Source: Cyanobacteria bacterium auto_48_18 (GTDB lineage Bacteria > Cyanobacteriota > Vampirovibrionia > Obscuribacterales > Obscuribacteraceae). From it: a DNA stretch of 64,000 nucleotides. The stretch spans positions 69,527-133,526 of the forward strand of contig JAVHQC010000016.1 of NCBI GenBank assembly GCA_036170915.1. Direction: 5' to 3'. This document shows, in pieces, positions 32,110 to 42,204 of the stretch (position 1 is its first letter; every line of letters begins with the position of its first letter). The position numbers and the translations under genes are program-made. Below the pieces are notes generated by a model that saw only the letters and a list, made by a program, of their open reading frames with translations, was not told the origin of the DNA and made no database searches.

Positions 32110-33402
32110 TTGTCGACTATTTCAGCCGGTAAGGGCCCGATTTTGAGTAATTTCATCCGTACACAAGTGTCTTTAGCTTTGGCTTTAAGCTTTGTCATTG
32201 GTTCATCGGCGGGGTTTTTGCCCACAGCGCCGGCCTGGGGCCAGCGGCTTTTAGATAAGCAAGGGCTCGAAAGATTGCCTGAAAATCCTGGTGATGTTAT
32301 CAAGGAGCAAGAGGCAATATTGCCTGGCCACTCTGCCCAGGTTTCGCCAGGCAAGCAAAAGATTAAAGAGTTGCCCAAGGCCGACGGCTCTTCAAACAGC
32401 ATGATTGTGCCCAAAGGTGCCACTAGCCCACTGCTGAAAGCGGAATTGGTTTATTGCGTACCGCGCGGCACCAGTATCAAACTCAAGCTAGCATCTGTGC
32501 CCACTCACGGAATGCATTTGCTTGATCGCGATTTAGACGGCAAGCTTCATCCGGCCAGTGTTAACGATGTCGTCACGGCAACGGTGACCGAAGACATCTA
32601 TGTAGAAGAGAACAAAGTAATTCCTCAAGGCACGGTCTTTAAAGGATATGTATCGCATACACTGCCGCCAAGAAGAGTGCAGCGTCCAGGTTTCCTTGAA
32701 GTCTCCTTCACTGAGCTGGAATTGCCAGACAAGCGGCGATTTCGCTTCTCCGCCGATGCCAATAATTTTAAAAAAGCTACTTTAAAAGGCGTTATGAACG
32801 CCACAGGTATGGTTGCTGCCAACGCTGCCGGCGGTGCAATTGTAGGCGCTCTGGGTGCATATTATTTTATGGGTGGAATGCGCGGCATCGCCTATACCGA
32901 GGGCTATAACATTGCTGGTGGGGCGGCGCTGGGCGCTTTGATTGCGGCAGGTCACGCCATTATGAAACGCGGTGACAAGGCCACTCTTGAACCGGGTGAC
33001 GACCTTAATTTATCCATAAATACCGATTTGCTTTTGCCCACTTTGACCGAACCAACTAAAAAGGTAAATCACAACCTTGATGGCCTGGCCATAGAAGTCG
33101 GCAAAACCAAAATTATGGGTGACGGATTAGACGGGCACTTCATTCGCATCGACGTCACCATCGACAATAACAGCGAAAAGAAACTTAGCGCCATAGATTT
33201 ATTCTTGCGCGACGCCAATGGCAATAAGTATCCGGTGGCCATGGGGCCTGGTGATGATTCAGAATATTTATTCAGCCTTGATCCATATACTTCTGTCAAA
33301 ACCAGACTGTTTTTTGCCAGCGAATATCCAAAACTTAAGCACGAGTTGATCTGGATTGACCACAACTCACGAAAAGTCTGCTTTCGTCAGCCATTGCAGT
33401 AA
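32110..33402 (+). CDS. Exported hypothetical protein with glycine-zipper segment
   Basis: Signal peptide ending APAWG, beta-rich domain, AAGGAIVGALGA / IAGGAALGALIAA zipper; start uncertain. Confidence 0.65.
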   Translation: MSTISAGKGPILSNFIRTQVSLALALSFVIGSSAGFLPTAPAWGQRLLDKQGLERLPENPGDVIKEQEAILPGHSAQVSPGKQKIKELPKADGSSNSMIVPKGATSPLLKAELVYCVPRGTSIKLKLASVPTHGMHLLDRDLDGKLHPASVNDVVTATVTEDIYVEENKVIPQGTVFKGYVSHTLPPRRVQRPGFLEVSFTELELPDKRRFRFSADANNFKKATLKGVMNATGMVAANAAGGAIVGALGAYYFMGGMRGIAYTEGYNIAGGAALGALIAAGHAIMKRGDKATLEPGDDLNLSINTDLLLPTLTEPTKKVNHNLDGLAIEVGKTKIMGDGLDGHFIRIDVTIDNNSEKKLSAIDLFLRDANGNKYPVAMGPGDDSEYLFSLDPYTSVKTRLFFASEYPKLKHELIWIDHNSRKVCFRQPLQ

Positions 33403-33458
33403 TTTTGCGCTTTTAAAAATAATTGCACAAATGTAGCGTAATCCTACGTAGGCGGCCA

Positions 33459-33486
33459 TTGACTGGCTTGATTAACAACCTATAAT
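33459..33486 (+). promoter_or_regulatory. Sigma-70-type promoter
   Basis: TTGACT, 16-nt spacer, TATAAT, upstream of the ORF at 33658. Confidence 0.55.
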
Positions 33487-33657
33487 GAATTTACTGAGTA
33501 TTTAGCAATTAGTAAAAGTATTTAGTTTCAGATTTCTTCCTTCCTATTTTGGTATTTTTAAACTGACTGAGAACGATCTGCAGTGGCAGCTCTGTGTCTG
33601 TTCGCCGTGCACTTTTTCCTGCATTAATCACCCCGATTCGCCGAGCTTTTTACCGCT

Positions 33658-34608
33658 ATGACAGCCACTTTAGGCACCTCCCCAACATTCAGCCAGGTCG
33701 CTCGCCAGACGACGACCATTCGAGTGCTCGATCAAGGTGCTATTGACCAGAGCCTGATGCTGGAATTAATTGCCCAATCTGAAGTGGTCTCGCAAGAAGT
33801 ATTGACGCAAGTGGCAGAATTGGCACGCATGCGCAATAGCCAGGTGATAGATGTTCTGTTCGAAAGTGGATTTATCGCCGCCAGCGATCGGCGTGCTTTT
33901 CTTGATGCGGCCACTGCAATTCGCTCAAATATGGTTTTTAAACCATGGGCCTTGCAGACTTTAAAACAAGCTTTGCATGATTTTTTACCATTCAACAAAG
34001 TTCTAGAAATGCTCGAATTGCACCCAAGCAATGCCTTTTCAGACAGTGCTCTTGGTGAACTGGCAATTTCGTGTCAGCTAATCGATCGTGGTCAGTTTGA
34101 TCAAGCCAGACACTATAGCCTTGCTCGCGGATTGACCATAGGCCAGAGTCTTAATCGCTGTTGTGGTTTGCCCATGGCCATTTACAAAATCTTGATTGAT
34201 GGTCTTGCGCGTTTTACCACCGGGCAAATTAGCCATGAGCAACTTTGTCAGCGTGTTAAAAATGCCAGATACGAAAACACTTTGACTGGTGGTGTAGCTG
34301 GTGCCAATGCCAATTCTAAATTAGCTCACAGCACTGTAGGATTTGGCTTATATGCCGGTAATCGCGACATTTTAGAAGTTCTCGATTTGCTGGTGCAATC
34401 AACTTTAGTAAGTGAAGTAACTGTGCTTGGTTTGATGGAAGCAGCATTGCAGAATCGCATTGCCTTCGAATCAGTCTGGGAAGATTGTTCGCCGGTTCCG
34501 CCGCTGGTTCTGCAAAATGCCAGAGCAATGCAGAAACTGATTGCGGCAGGACAAATGAGCCCGCAAGTTGCTGTTGCTAATTTGAAAGAGATGAAGGCTT
34601 TTCGCTAA
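33658..34608 (+). CDS. Hypothetical protein with tandem degenerate MshEN/T2SSE-N-like helical units
   Basis: ALGELAISCQLIDRGQFDQARHYSLARGLTIGQSL and two weaker similar units. Confidence 0.6.
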   Translation: MTATLGTSPTFSQVARQTTTIRVLDQGAIDQSLMLELIAQSEVVSQEVLTQVAELARMRNSQVIDVLFESGFIAASDRRAFLDAATAIRSNMVFKPWALQTLKQALHDFLPFNKVLEMLELHPSNAFSDSALGELAISCQLIDRGQFDQARHYSLARGLTIGQSLNRCCGLPMAIYKILIDGLARFTTGQISHEQLCQRVKNARYENTLTGGVAGANANSKLAHSTVGFGLYAGNRDILEVLDLLVQSTLVSEVTVLGLMEAALQNRIAFESVWEDCSPVPPLVLQNARAMQKLIAAGQMSPQVAVANLKEMKAFR

Positions 34609-34635
34609 CAGCTAAAGTTGCTGGTTGGATCTGTT

Positions 34636-34663
34636 GAAAAAATACCTCCGGAGGTATTTTTTC
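34636..34663. terminator. Bidirectional terminator (perfect 28-bp palindrome)
   Basis: GAAAAAATACCTCCGGAGGTATTTTTTC between convergent genes. Confidence 0.75.
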
Positions 34664-34687
34664 TGTGCACTGTCACCCGGCTCCTGC

Positions 34688-34721
34688 AAAAAACGTGTCG
34701 ACTGCAAGCTTTCGACACGTT
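34688..34721 (-). terminator. Terminator for the 34759-34998 gene
   Basis: 10-bp stem AACGTGTCGA/TCGACACGTT followed by a T run on the minus strand. Confidence 0.65.
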
Positions 34722-34758
34722 CTAAAATTTTGTCCGAAAAATTCTTGTTTACAGTGGC

Positions 34759-34998
34759 TCAGGCAGCCACTAAATCGACGTTGTAGCTCAGTCTGACGAA
34801 ATCATACTCTACCCTGATTGATACTGTGTTCTGAGTGGCGAATTCCAGTCTGACGCGACCGAGATTGTTAGCGCTATATTCGCTCCAGTGCTCAGGCACT
34901 GAAACAATGACGTTCTCTGGGCCCCATTCTTCGACATAGGCTTTGAGAACCTGGCAGAGTTTTTCTTCGTCGGCGGGGTGGTTAAACATGCTCATCAT
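34759..34998 (-). CDS. Small hypothetical protein
   Basis: 79-aa ORF with GAGG SD and its own terminator. Confidence 0.65.
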   Translation of the reverse strand: MMSMFNHPADEEKLCQVLKAYVEEWGPENVIVSVPEHWSEYSANNLGRVRLEFATQNTVSIRVEYDFVRLSYNVDLVAA

Positions 34999-35113
34999 TT
35001 GTTGCTGCCTCTTGTGCTTGCTCTCTATTAGAGTCTAGGCACTGTGAGGGTTTTCAACAACCGGGGGAAGTCCCAAGCACTGCGTAAGATTCCCACAAGG
35101 CCGGCACTAAAAG

Positions 35114-36241
35114 TTATGGCAGTTGGGTATCTGTAGAAATGGCAGATACGCGGTCAGTGCTGTACAGAAGCCTTATTGAACTAACGTCACGGGGGCTAAG
35201 ACCGCGATCCATATCGGTCACTCTTGTGGAGAAAAACATCATGTCTTGCGGATCTCTGGTATGACCGCCAAAGCCCAGAGCATGCCCGATTTCGTGCAAG
35301 CAAATCTGGCGCAGACGGTTTACGGTCAGAGGTAACTCAGCTACTTGAGCCACAGTCAACACTTTAATGGTGCCTTTGACTATACCCAGAGAGTTAGTAA
35401 AAACAGTTGTTTCACCGGCTTCAGCACGGTTTGTAAAAGTGCCGGCATCGGCTGTCCATGAACAAACGAGATCAGCGTCGGCAGCCTTGTCTACACGCTT
35501 GAAGGAGACTTTGTTTTTAGATGCATGCTGCCACATCGCCAGACTTTCTTCTAAAACCTGAGTGTACTGCGGCAGAAAACCTGGTGTTCCTGTGCCTGGG
35601 GCGATGAAGACTTTAATCGGTAGCTTGGCCTGGGGCCAGCGCGTTAGATGACCGACCAATTCGCCCAGATAGTTCTCTTTGTTCACTTCCTGCTTATTCA
35701 GGCGAGGAATAGTGCCGTTGGCCAGTTCTTTTTTCAAACCGGCAAGCAGGCTGTTGATTTTCCCCGCATCTTTGTGAGTGGGAAATCTAGCGAGAAACTC
35801 ACTATATGTAGATACTGCTTCGTTAACTTGACCCTGAGATTGATATAGACCACCTAGAGTGAGCCATGTGGCGGCCAGGTCTGGTTTAAGTTGCTTAGCC
35901 GTCTCCAGCTCTTGCAAAGCTTCGGTGTTTCTGCCGAGTTTAGCCATAGCGAGACCAAGATTGTTGTGAATCTCAGCAATTTGCGGTGCCAGCTGTTCAG
36001 CTTGCAGCAATAAATCGATTGCTTCTTGATTTTGATTGGCTTGCAAAAGCGGAATCGATTGATTGAGCATTTGCAGCGCCTGATAACGCTCTTGTGAAAT
36101 CGGCTGGCCGTTCAGTAAATATTGGTGACCACGCTGGCCTTGCGCCTGCGCCTGAGTTTGCGTTTGAATAGGCAGTGCCAGGCTGGAAAGCAGCCATGAC
36201 GAGACTAATGAACCGATTAAAGCTGAAGTAATTTGCCGCAC
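35114..36241 (-). CDS. Exported TPR plus matrixin (M10-like) zinc metallopeptidase
   Basis: TPRs (IHNNLGLAMAKLG), HEIGHALGFGGH zinc motif, Met-turn DMMF. Confidence 0.88.
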   Translation of the reverse strand: MRQITSALIGSLVSSWLLSSLALPIQTQTQAQAQGQRGHQYLLNGQPISQERYQALQMLNQSIPLLQANQNQEAIDLLLQAEQLAPQIAEIHNNLGLAMAKLGRNTEALQELETAKQLKPDLAATWLTLGGLYQSQGQVNEAVSTYSEFLARFPTHKDAGKINSLLAGLKKELANGTIPRLNKQEVNKENYLGELVGHLTRWPQAKLPIKVFIAPGTGTPGFLPQYTQVLEESLAMWQHASKNKVSFKRVDKAADADLVCSWTADAGTFTNRAEAGETTVFTNSLGIVKGTIKVLTVAQVAELPLTVNRLRQICLHEIGHALGFGGHTRDPQDMMFFSTRVTDMDRGLSPRDVSSIRLLYSTDRVSAISTDTQLP

Positions 36242-36263
36242 TTACTTACTTTACCAAATAAGT

Positions 36264-37502
36264 TCAGGCTTTATTGCCAACTGCTTCTTTATTATCGAGA
36301 GCCGCGATGCCAGGAAGTTCGATGCCTTCTAAAAACTCGAGGGAGGCGCCGCCGCCGGTGCCTATGTGAGTGAGCAAATGATCATCTACGCCTTTGAGTT
36401 TTAATGCCGAGACTGAGTCGCCGCCGCCGACAATGGTTTTGGTGCCGCTCTTAGTCAGGTCTACCAGGCAGTCAATTAATGCCCACGTGCCGCGCTCAAA
36501 ACCTTCAATTTCAAATACTCCCAGAGGGCCGTTCCAAAGTATTGTTTTGCAAGGCGCCAGGGCTTCGACGATCAATTTTATTGTCTCTGGGCCTACATCT
36601 AAGCCCATCACATTACTTTCAATCTCCGATACCTTAACCACTTTCGTAGTCACGCCTGCTTTCATCTCGGAGGCAACCACAACGTCTACAGGCAAGATTA
36701 GCTTGACGCCTTTCGCTTTGGCTTTTGCTTCCAATTCTTGGCAATATTGAAGACGATCTTCTTCAACTAACGATTTTCCGACGTTGAGGCCTTGAGCTTT
36801 GAGGAAGCTGAATGCCATGGCTCCACCAATAACAAGAACATCAACATTGTTGAGCAGATTTTCTAGAACACCAATTTTGCTTGAAACTTTGGCGCCACCA
36901 ATGATGGTGGCAAAGGGCCGGGTGGGATTGTTCAGGGCCGAAGACAACATTTCAATTTCTTTGGCCACGAGCATGCCTGCCAGTGACGGTTTAAGATATT
37001 TGGTCACTCCTTCGGTAGAAGCGTGAGCGCGGTGAGCGGTGCCGAAGGCGTCGTTAACGTAAAGGTCACCCAGGGCAGCCAGCTTTTGTGAAAATGCCTG
37101 GTCATTTTTTTCTTCTTCAGCATGAAAACGTACGTTTTCCATCAAGGCGATATCGCCATCTTTCATTTCTGATACTGCTTTTTCGGCTTTTGGACCAACG
37201 CATGCATCAACAAAGTGAACAGTCTTGTGGCCCATCTCAGCCAACAATTTTTTCAAATGTTCGGCTATTGGTTTAAGCGAATATTTTTCAGTGACCTGGC
37301 CCTTAGGTCTACCCAGGTGTGAAAGTAAAACCACTCTGGCACCAGCTTTAGCCAGCCAGTTGATGGTGGGCAAAGCAGCTTTGATGCGCGAGTCATCGGC
37401 TACTGTTCCGTCTTCATTTTGTGGCACATTGAAATCAACTCTGACCAAAACTTTCTTGCCTTCAAAGTGCTTGGGGCCTTGATCTTGAATAGTCTTTTTC
37501 AT
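36264..37502 (-). CDS. pgk: Phosphoglycerate kinase
   Basis: RVDFNVP, SHLGRP, NDAFGTAHRAHAS, GGGASLEFLEG. Confidence 0.98.
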   Translation of the reverse strand: MKKTIQDQGPKHFEGKKVLVRVDFNVPQNEDGTVADDSRIKAALPTINWLAKAGARVVLLSHLGRPKGQVTEKYSLKPIAEHLKKLLAEMGHKTVHFVDACVGPKAEKAVSEMKDGDIALMENVRFHAEEEKNDQAFSQKLAALGDLYVNDAFGTAHRAHASTEGVTKYLKPSLAGMLVAKEIEMLSSALNNPTRPFATIIGGAKVSSKIGVLENLLNNVDVLVIGGAMAFSFLKAQGLNVGKSLVEEDRLQYCQELEAKAKAKGVKLILPVDVVVASEMKAGVTTKVVKVSEIESNVMGLDVGPETIKLIVEALAPCKTILWNGPLGVFEIEGFERGTWALIDCLVDLTKSGTKTIVGGGDSVSALKLKGVDDHLLTHIGTGGGASLEFLEGIELPGIAALDNKEAVGNKA

Positions 37503-37598
37503 TTGTACCTGCCGTGAAAAGTAAAAGTAAGGTGGACGTTTAGTTAGATCTTTTTGAATACAAAACGTATACGTTTTAGTTTTGCATACAGATGGAAA

Positions 37599-37624
37599 GA
37601 CGCCCTCAAAGTTATGAGGGCGTC
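37599..37624 (-). terminator. Stem-loop after gap (partial terminator or mRNA stabiliser)
   Basis: GACGCCCTCA/TGAGGGCGTC 10-bp stem with a short T tail. Confidence 0.6.
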
Positions 37625-37638
37625 CTTCTCTTTATTGA

Positions 37639-38670
37639 TTAGACTTTAGCGCTGACAGGAAGCTTTTTTGCCACCATTTCAGCCAGTTCAACCAGACGGT
37701 TGCTGTAGCCCCATTCGTTGTCGTACCAGGCCAAAATCTTGACCATACGCTCACCAACCAGCATGGTCAGCTCAGAGTCGTAGATAGACGAATGTTTGTT
37801 GCCCTGGAAGTCGATTGATACCAGTGGCTCTGTGCAGTAAGAAAGAATGCCTTTGAGAGGGCCTTCAGCTGCATCTTTAATCACTTTGTTGATTTGTTCA
37901 ACAGTGACATCTTTTTTCAATGTGACTACCAGGTCGACAACTGAAACGTTTGGTGTGGGCACGCGCATGGCAAAACCATTGAGCTTGCCTTTGAGGTGAG
38001 GCATAACCAGACCAATTGCTTTAGCGGCACCGGTGCTGGAAGGAATCATCGACATAGCGGCAGCGCGAGCGCGACGCAAATCTGAATGAGCGCCGTCGAG
38101 CAATTTTTGATCAAGGGTGTAGCTATGAATTGTGGTCATGAGTCCTTGTTCAATACCGAAAGCGTCATCAATTGCTTTTGCCACTGGAGCTAAGCAGTTA
38201 GTGGTGCAGCTGGCATTAGAGATGATGTTATGTTTTTCAGCGTCATAAGATTTGTCATTAACGCCAATAACGATGGTGATGTCTTCGTTTTTGGCAGGAG
38301 CTGAAATCAGCACTTTTTTAGCGCCGGCAGCAATGTGAGCCTTGGCTTTTTCAGCATCGGTGAAAACACCAGAGCACTCGAGCACAATATCAACGTTGAG
38401 CTTGGCCCATGGGCAATCAGCTGGAGCTTTTTCGCGGAAGAATTTGATTTTTTTGCCATTAACGATGAGTGAGTCTTCATCGTGGCTGATCTGGTGCTGC
38501 TTGAGTTCGCCTTGCACTGAGTCATATTTGAGCAGGTGTGCTGATTGCACTAAATCTTGCATCGGATCGTTGATCGCCACGATTTCAAGATCTTTTGGTT
38601 GGCTTTCCAGGAAGGCCCGAAATACATTTCGGCCGATGCGGCCAAATCCATTAATTGCTACTCTTGCCAT
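37639..38670 (-). CDS. gap: Type I glyceraldehyde-3-phosphate dehydrogenase
   Basis: INGFGRIGR, ASCTTNCL, WYDNEWGY. Confidence 0.98.
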   Translation of the reverse strand: MARVAINGFGRIGRNVFRAFLESQPKDLEIVAINDPMQDLVQSAHLLKYDSVQGELKQHQISHDEDSLIVNGKKIKFFREKAPADCPWAKLNVDIVLECSGVFTDAEKAKAHIAAGAKKVLISAPAKNEDITIVIGVNDKSYDAEKHNIISNASCTTNCLAPVAKAIDDAFGIEQGLMTTIHSYTLDQKLLDGAHSDLRRARAAAMSMIPSSTGAAKAIGLVMPHLKGKLNGFAMRVPTPNVSVVDLVVTLKKDVTVEQINKVIKDAAEGPLKGILSYCTEPLVSIDFQGNKHSSIYDSELTMLVGERMVKILAWYDNEWGYSNRLVELAEMVAKKLPVSAKV

Positions 38671-38956
38671 CTATACAACTCCTATTGTTTTCAGCTTCTT
38701 AAAATTGAGTCTGCGCTTATTACTGTGCCTGACTGACGCTGGCAAAAGCATATAACAATATAAGGGCTTGCCCTCCGGCCTTTATTTCAGCTTAAGATGA
38801 TGGCCGACTTTAGCGAAAGGTTTCGTTACCAGAGCCCTACAGTTACAGTCTGACCAGACGGCTAATTGGCCCGAATCAAGGTACAATTAGGGTTACGCTA
38901 TGGTCTGGCTCGGTTTCGAACATTGACCAGGTCAGGACCAACAACGAGGAGAGAGT

Positions 38957-39175
38957 ATGAAAGAGAAAGTAGAAGCGATTCTCGACAAGCTACGCCCCAT
39001 GCTGATGATGGACGGCGGCAATATCGAACTCGTAGACGTTAAAGACGATGAAGTGCAGGTTCGTCTTGTGGGCGCTTGCGGTATGTGCCCAAGTTCAACC
39101 ATGACCATGAAAATGGGCGTTGAGCGTGCTATTAGAGAAGAATTGCCCGAGATTAAACGGGTTGTTGCCGTCTAA
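38957..39175 (+). CDS. NifU/Nfu-type Fe-S carrier
   Basis: LRPMLMMDGGNIELV..GACGMCPSS; SD GAGGAG. Confidence 0.93.
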   Translation: MKEKVEAILDKLRPMLMMDGGNIELVDVKDDEVQVRLVGACGMCPSSTMTMKMGVERAIREELPEIKRVVAV

Positions 39176-39204
39176 GATAACCATCGTCGAATTCGAGAAC
39201 TTTT

Positions 39205-39236
39205 TGAATCCGCTTCAGCTGGCTGAGGCGGATTCA
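39205..39236. terminator. Stem-loop between convergent genes
   Basis: TGAATCCGCTTCAG/CTGAGGCGGATTCA. Confidence 0.65.
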
Positions 39237-39241
39237 CTATT

Positions 39242-40000
39242 TCAGTTATTAATCAGGTCGAGGCGCCGGCGAAAATCAGCTGACGTATAACTATCAATAA
39301 CAACTTTTTGATTGGCCCGAGCCGGTCTGTCATAGTTGGTCGGCAATGTAAAAGTAATTGAGTCTTTTACAGAAACAATTGTCTGGGGGGAATTTTCGGC
39401 GATGGCAGCAGCCAAAGACATGGTGAATTCGGTCAATTGATTGTCTGCCACAGCTTGATTGATAAGGCCGATGGCTTCGGCTCGTGCACTACCCATGGTG
39501 GCGCCAGTAAAGAGCATCTGTTTAGCGTGAGCCTGGCCGACTAAATTGACTAAGCGCTGTACATTTTCCTGGTCAAGAATAATTCCCAATTTTGCCACAG
39601 GGATGCCGAATAATGCACCATCAGCGGCAGCAAAGCGCAAATCGCAAGCATTGGCCAATAGGCAGCCACCACCAAGGCAATGGCCATTGACCATAGCGAT
39701 TGTGGGCACTGGTGTTGTGGCAATTGCATGAAGCGCTGCGGCAATGGCTAACCAAAATTTTGCGGCGTCTTCTTCATTGCTAATTTTTTTTAGATCGCTA
39801 AAATCGGCTCCGGCAGCAAAATATTTGCCCTGGCCAGTGAAGATAACTACTTTCGCCCCCTGACTGATCAAGTCATTAAGAATGCCCGGCAGCGACAGCC
39901 ACATGGGCGTGCTGATGGCATTAGCTACTTCCATGCGATTGAAAGTAATGGTTGCTACAGCACCATGGCGGACGGCAAAACTAGCGATGATCTCTGGCAA
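39242..40000 (-). CDS. Enoyl-CoA hydratase/isomerase family protein
   Basis: FAAGADF, PTIAMVNGHCLGGG, ACDLRFA. Confidence 0.9.
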   Translation of the reverse strand: MPEIIASFAVRHGAVATITFNRMEVANAISTPMWLSLPGILNDLISQGAKVVIFTGQGKYFAAGADFSDLKKISNEEDAAKFWLAIAAALHAIATTPVPTIAMVNGHCLGGGCLLANACDLRFAAADGALFGIPVAKLGIILDQENVQRLVNLVGQAHAKQMLFTGATMGSARAEAIGLINQAVADNQLTEFTMSLAAAIAENSPQTIVSVKDSITFTLPTNYDRPARANQKVVIDSYTSADFRRRLDLINN

Positions 40001-40014
40001 TTATTTCTTAGATT

Positions 40015-40476
40015 CTATTTGGTAGTGAAATCAAATTGCACGGCGTCACCTTCTTTGACACCATGACGATCACAATAGCCGCCATTGACTTCGACTACTT
40101 CGGTCACTGTGACGAAGCCGTCAGACGGATATTGAGGGCATTTGCTTGTGTCTTCTGATTTACAGGGTGGCACTTGCTTGCAGATTTTGATAATTTTTCC
40201 GTCTTTGATGAAGAGCATATCGAGCGGAATCAGTGTGTGATACATCCAGAATGCCACTTGCCGGGCCGGATGAAAAAGAAATACCATGCCTTGCGTTTCA
40301 GGCATTGAAGTGCGAAACATTAGCCCGTGTTCTATTTCAGCGGGCGAAGCGGCAACTTCCAGTTTTACTTCCTGATCGCCCAGTTTAACTGTAGGCAGCA
40401 TGGCCAGAGCCTCCCGCAGACAAAATGTGTTGAGGCAGAATGCCGCCATCAGGCTTAAAACCAGTTTTATTTTCAT
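40015..40476 (-). CDS. DUF192 family exported protein
   Basis: LEVA..GLMFRTSMPETQGMVFLF..FWMYHTLIPLDMLF; start moved to MKIKLV. Confidence 0.88.
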   Translation of the reverse strand: MKIKLVLSLMAAFCLNTFCLREALAMLPTVKLGDQEVKLEVAASPAEIEHGLMFRTSMPETQGMVFLFHPARQVAFWMYHTLIPLDMLFIKDGKIIKICKQVPPCKSEDTSKCPQYPSDGFVTVTEVVEVNGGYCDRHGVKEGDAVQFDFTTK

Positions 40477-40483
40477 TGCTTTC

Positions 40484-42136
40484 TCACAGCCAGTGCATAC
40501 GATTGAAGGGAGTTTTTTGGTAGATAAATTGTACCGTGTCTGTGAGCACTCCACGCTTCAAGGCATACGACTTACTGACTACCATACCGGCCGGATCGAT
40601 TACGGCGGAGATGCCTGTATTGGTTGCAAGTACGAGAAAGCGCTTATTTTCCACAGCCCGCAAGGTGGCGCAGGCTAAAAACTGTTTGTTCAATGACGAG
40701 TTATGAAACCAGCCCAGATTGGCTAGTACGACTATAAGTGAAGCGCCTTTATGCACTTGATCTGAAACTAGTTTAGGAAAAATCACTTCGTTGCAGATGG
40801 CAACGCCAATTTTGCCCCAACCGGAGCGCACTAGCTGAGCCTTTTGGGCGGCGAGAAATCGTTCAGAAGAAGCTGGCAATTTGCTGCGCAGTTCTTCAGG
40901 TATGCTTTGATAAAGCAGATTCACGGGAATGGTTTCACCAAAAGGCACCAGTCGTTGTTTAACGTAAGCGCTTTCTTTGTAGCCAAATGGGCTGATGATG
41001 CGGGCTACATTGATATAGCCATCTTTCAATGGTTCTACTGCACCATAAATAACTTCTTTACGCTCTCCTGCGCTTATATGTTTAAGAGCGGCCAGTAGCC
41101 CTCCCTTTCCCATTTGCGGCAGCGTCACTACACCTTCAGGCAGAATGACAATGGATGAACCGCTTCCCGCTGAAAGCTCGTTGTAGCGACCACAAAAGGC
41201 AGCTGGAGAAATAGTCTTAAAACGTTCTTCTTCAATTGAAACTGCACCCTGCACCACTGTCACCGCCACTGGTGGCGTTTGCGGATTAACGCGCAGGGCA
41301 TGTTCCGGCCTTATTTCTTCTTCAATTTGTGCGATGCGTGCGGTGCCCCAACCGAGACAACCCCAGATCACCAGACAGCAGAGTGCCAGGTCCATGAAAG
41401 CGCCAAATTTCAAATTTAGTTGGTCTGTGCGTTGGCCAAGGTTGCGAGAAACTCCCGTTACCTCAATAATCAACTGCGCGCAGGCAGCATTGAACATTAC
41501 CAGAACAAAATCAACCAGAGCGCTGCCGCCCACAGCCGACAATTGAATCAAGGGCAGATTGCGCGACTGAGTGTAAGCCAGCTGACTGAGGGGAGTGCCG
41601 ATAAAAATTGGAGAAGTTGCCACCACCCATTGCAGAAAAATCCAGATGGAGGGCACTGCAATTAGATATGGATAGAAAGGCCGTCTGTGATTAGCAAGAA
41701 AACTGGGCCGCAGGGGCAGGCAAAAGATAAAATAGGCGAAGAGTGCCATCAAGATGGCGTTGTGACAGGTCTCCACAAACCAGGTCAAAAATACGATTTG
41801 AAAACCCAGTGCATCAGGCAGGCCCATCCAGCGCAGGGGGTACATGCCGGTAAAAAAGCTCAGGGCGATGGCATAGTAACCGGCACCAAATGTAAAACCA
41901 GTGCAAGCCGATTGAAATCCGGAGCTGGCACCGCGGGTTAGTATCAAAAGTGGTATCAAGCCAAACCAGGCGATCCATGACAGATCAAAACCAGGCGTGG
42001 CCAGGGCAAGAATTGCGCCCATCAAAAAAGCCACCGGCAATTTCATTGCCAGACGCTGCGAGTCTAACCATCCCGCCCGCGGAGTGATGCTCGTAGGGCT
42101 GACCTGAAATTCGGAAGTATAGCTATAACTGTTCAT
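40484..42136 (-). CDS. lnt: Apolipoprotein N-acyltransferase
   Basis: Multi-TM N-terminus plus nitrilase triad motifs LPEG, KQRLVPFGE, ICNE; LRAVENKR. Confidence 0.9.
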   Translation of the reverse strand: MNSYSYTSEFQVSPTSITPRAGWLDSQRLAMKLPVAFLMGAILALATPGFDLSWIAWFGLIPLLILTRGASSGFQSACTGFTFGAGYYAIALSFFTGMYPLRWMGLPDALGFQIVFLTWFVETCHNAILMALFAYFIFCLPLRPSFLANHRRPFYPYLIAVPSIWIFLQWVVATSPIFIGTPLSQLAYTQSRNLPLIQLSAVGGSALVDFVLVMFNAACAQLIIEVTGVSRNLGQRTDQLNLKFGAFMDLALCCLVIWGCLGWGTARIAQIEEEIRPEHALRVNPQTPPVAVTVVQGAVSIEEERFKTISPAAFCGRYNELSAGSGSSIVILPEGVVTLPQMGKGGLLAALKHISAGERKEVIYGAVEPLKDGYINVARIISPFGYKESAYVKQRLVPFGETIPVNLLYQSIPEELRSKLPASSERFLAAQKAQLVRSGWGKIGVAICNEVIFPKLVSDQVHKGASLIVVLANLGWFHNSSLNKQFLACATLRAVENKRFLVLATNTGISAVIDPAGMVVSKSYALKRGVLTDTVQFIYQKTPFNRMHWL

Positions 42137-42204
42137 CGCCTAGCAATGTTACACTTTGGAAGGCTAATTTTGTTTGCTCATTTAGTTTTAGCCTGGGATT
42201 AATA

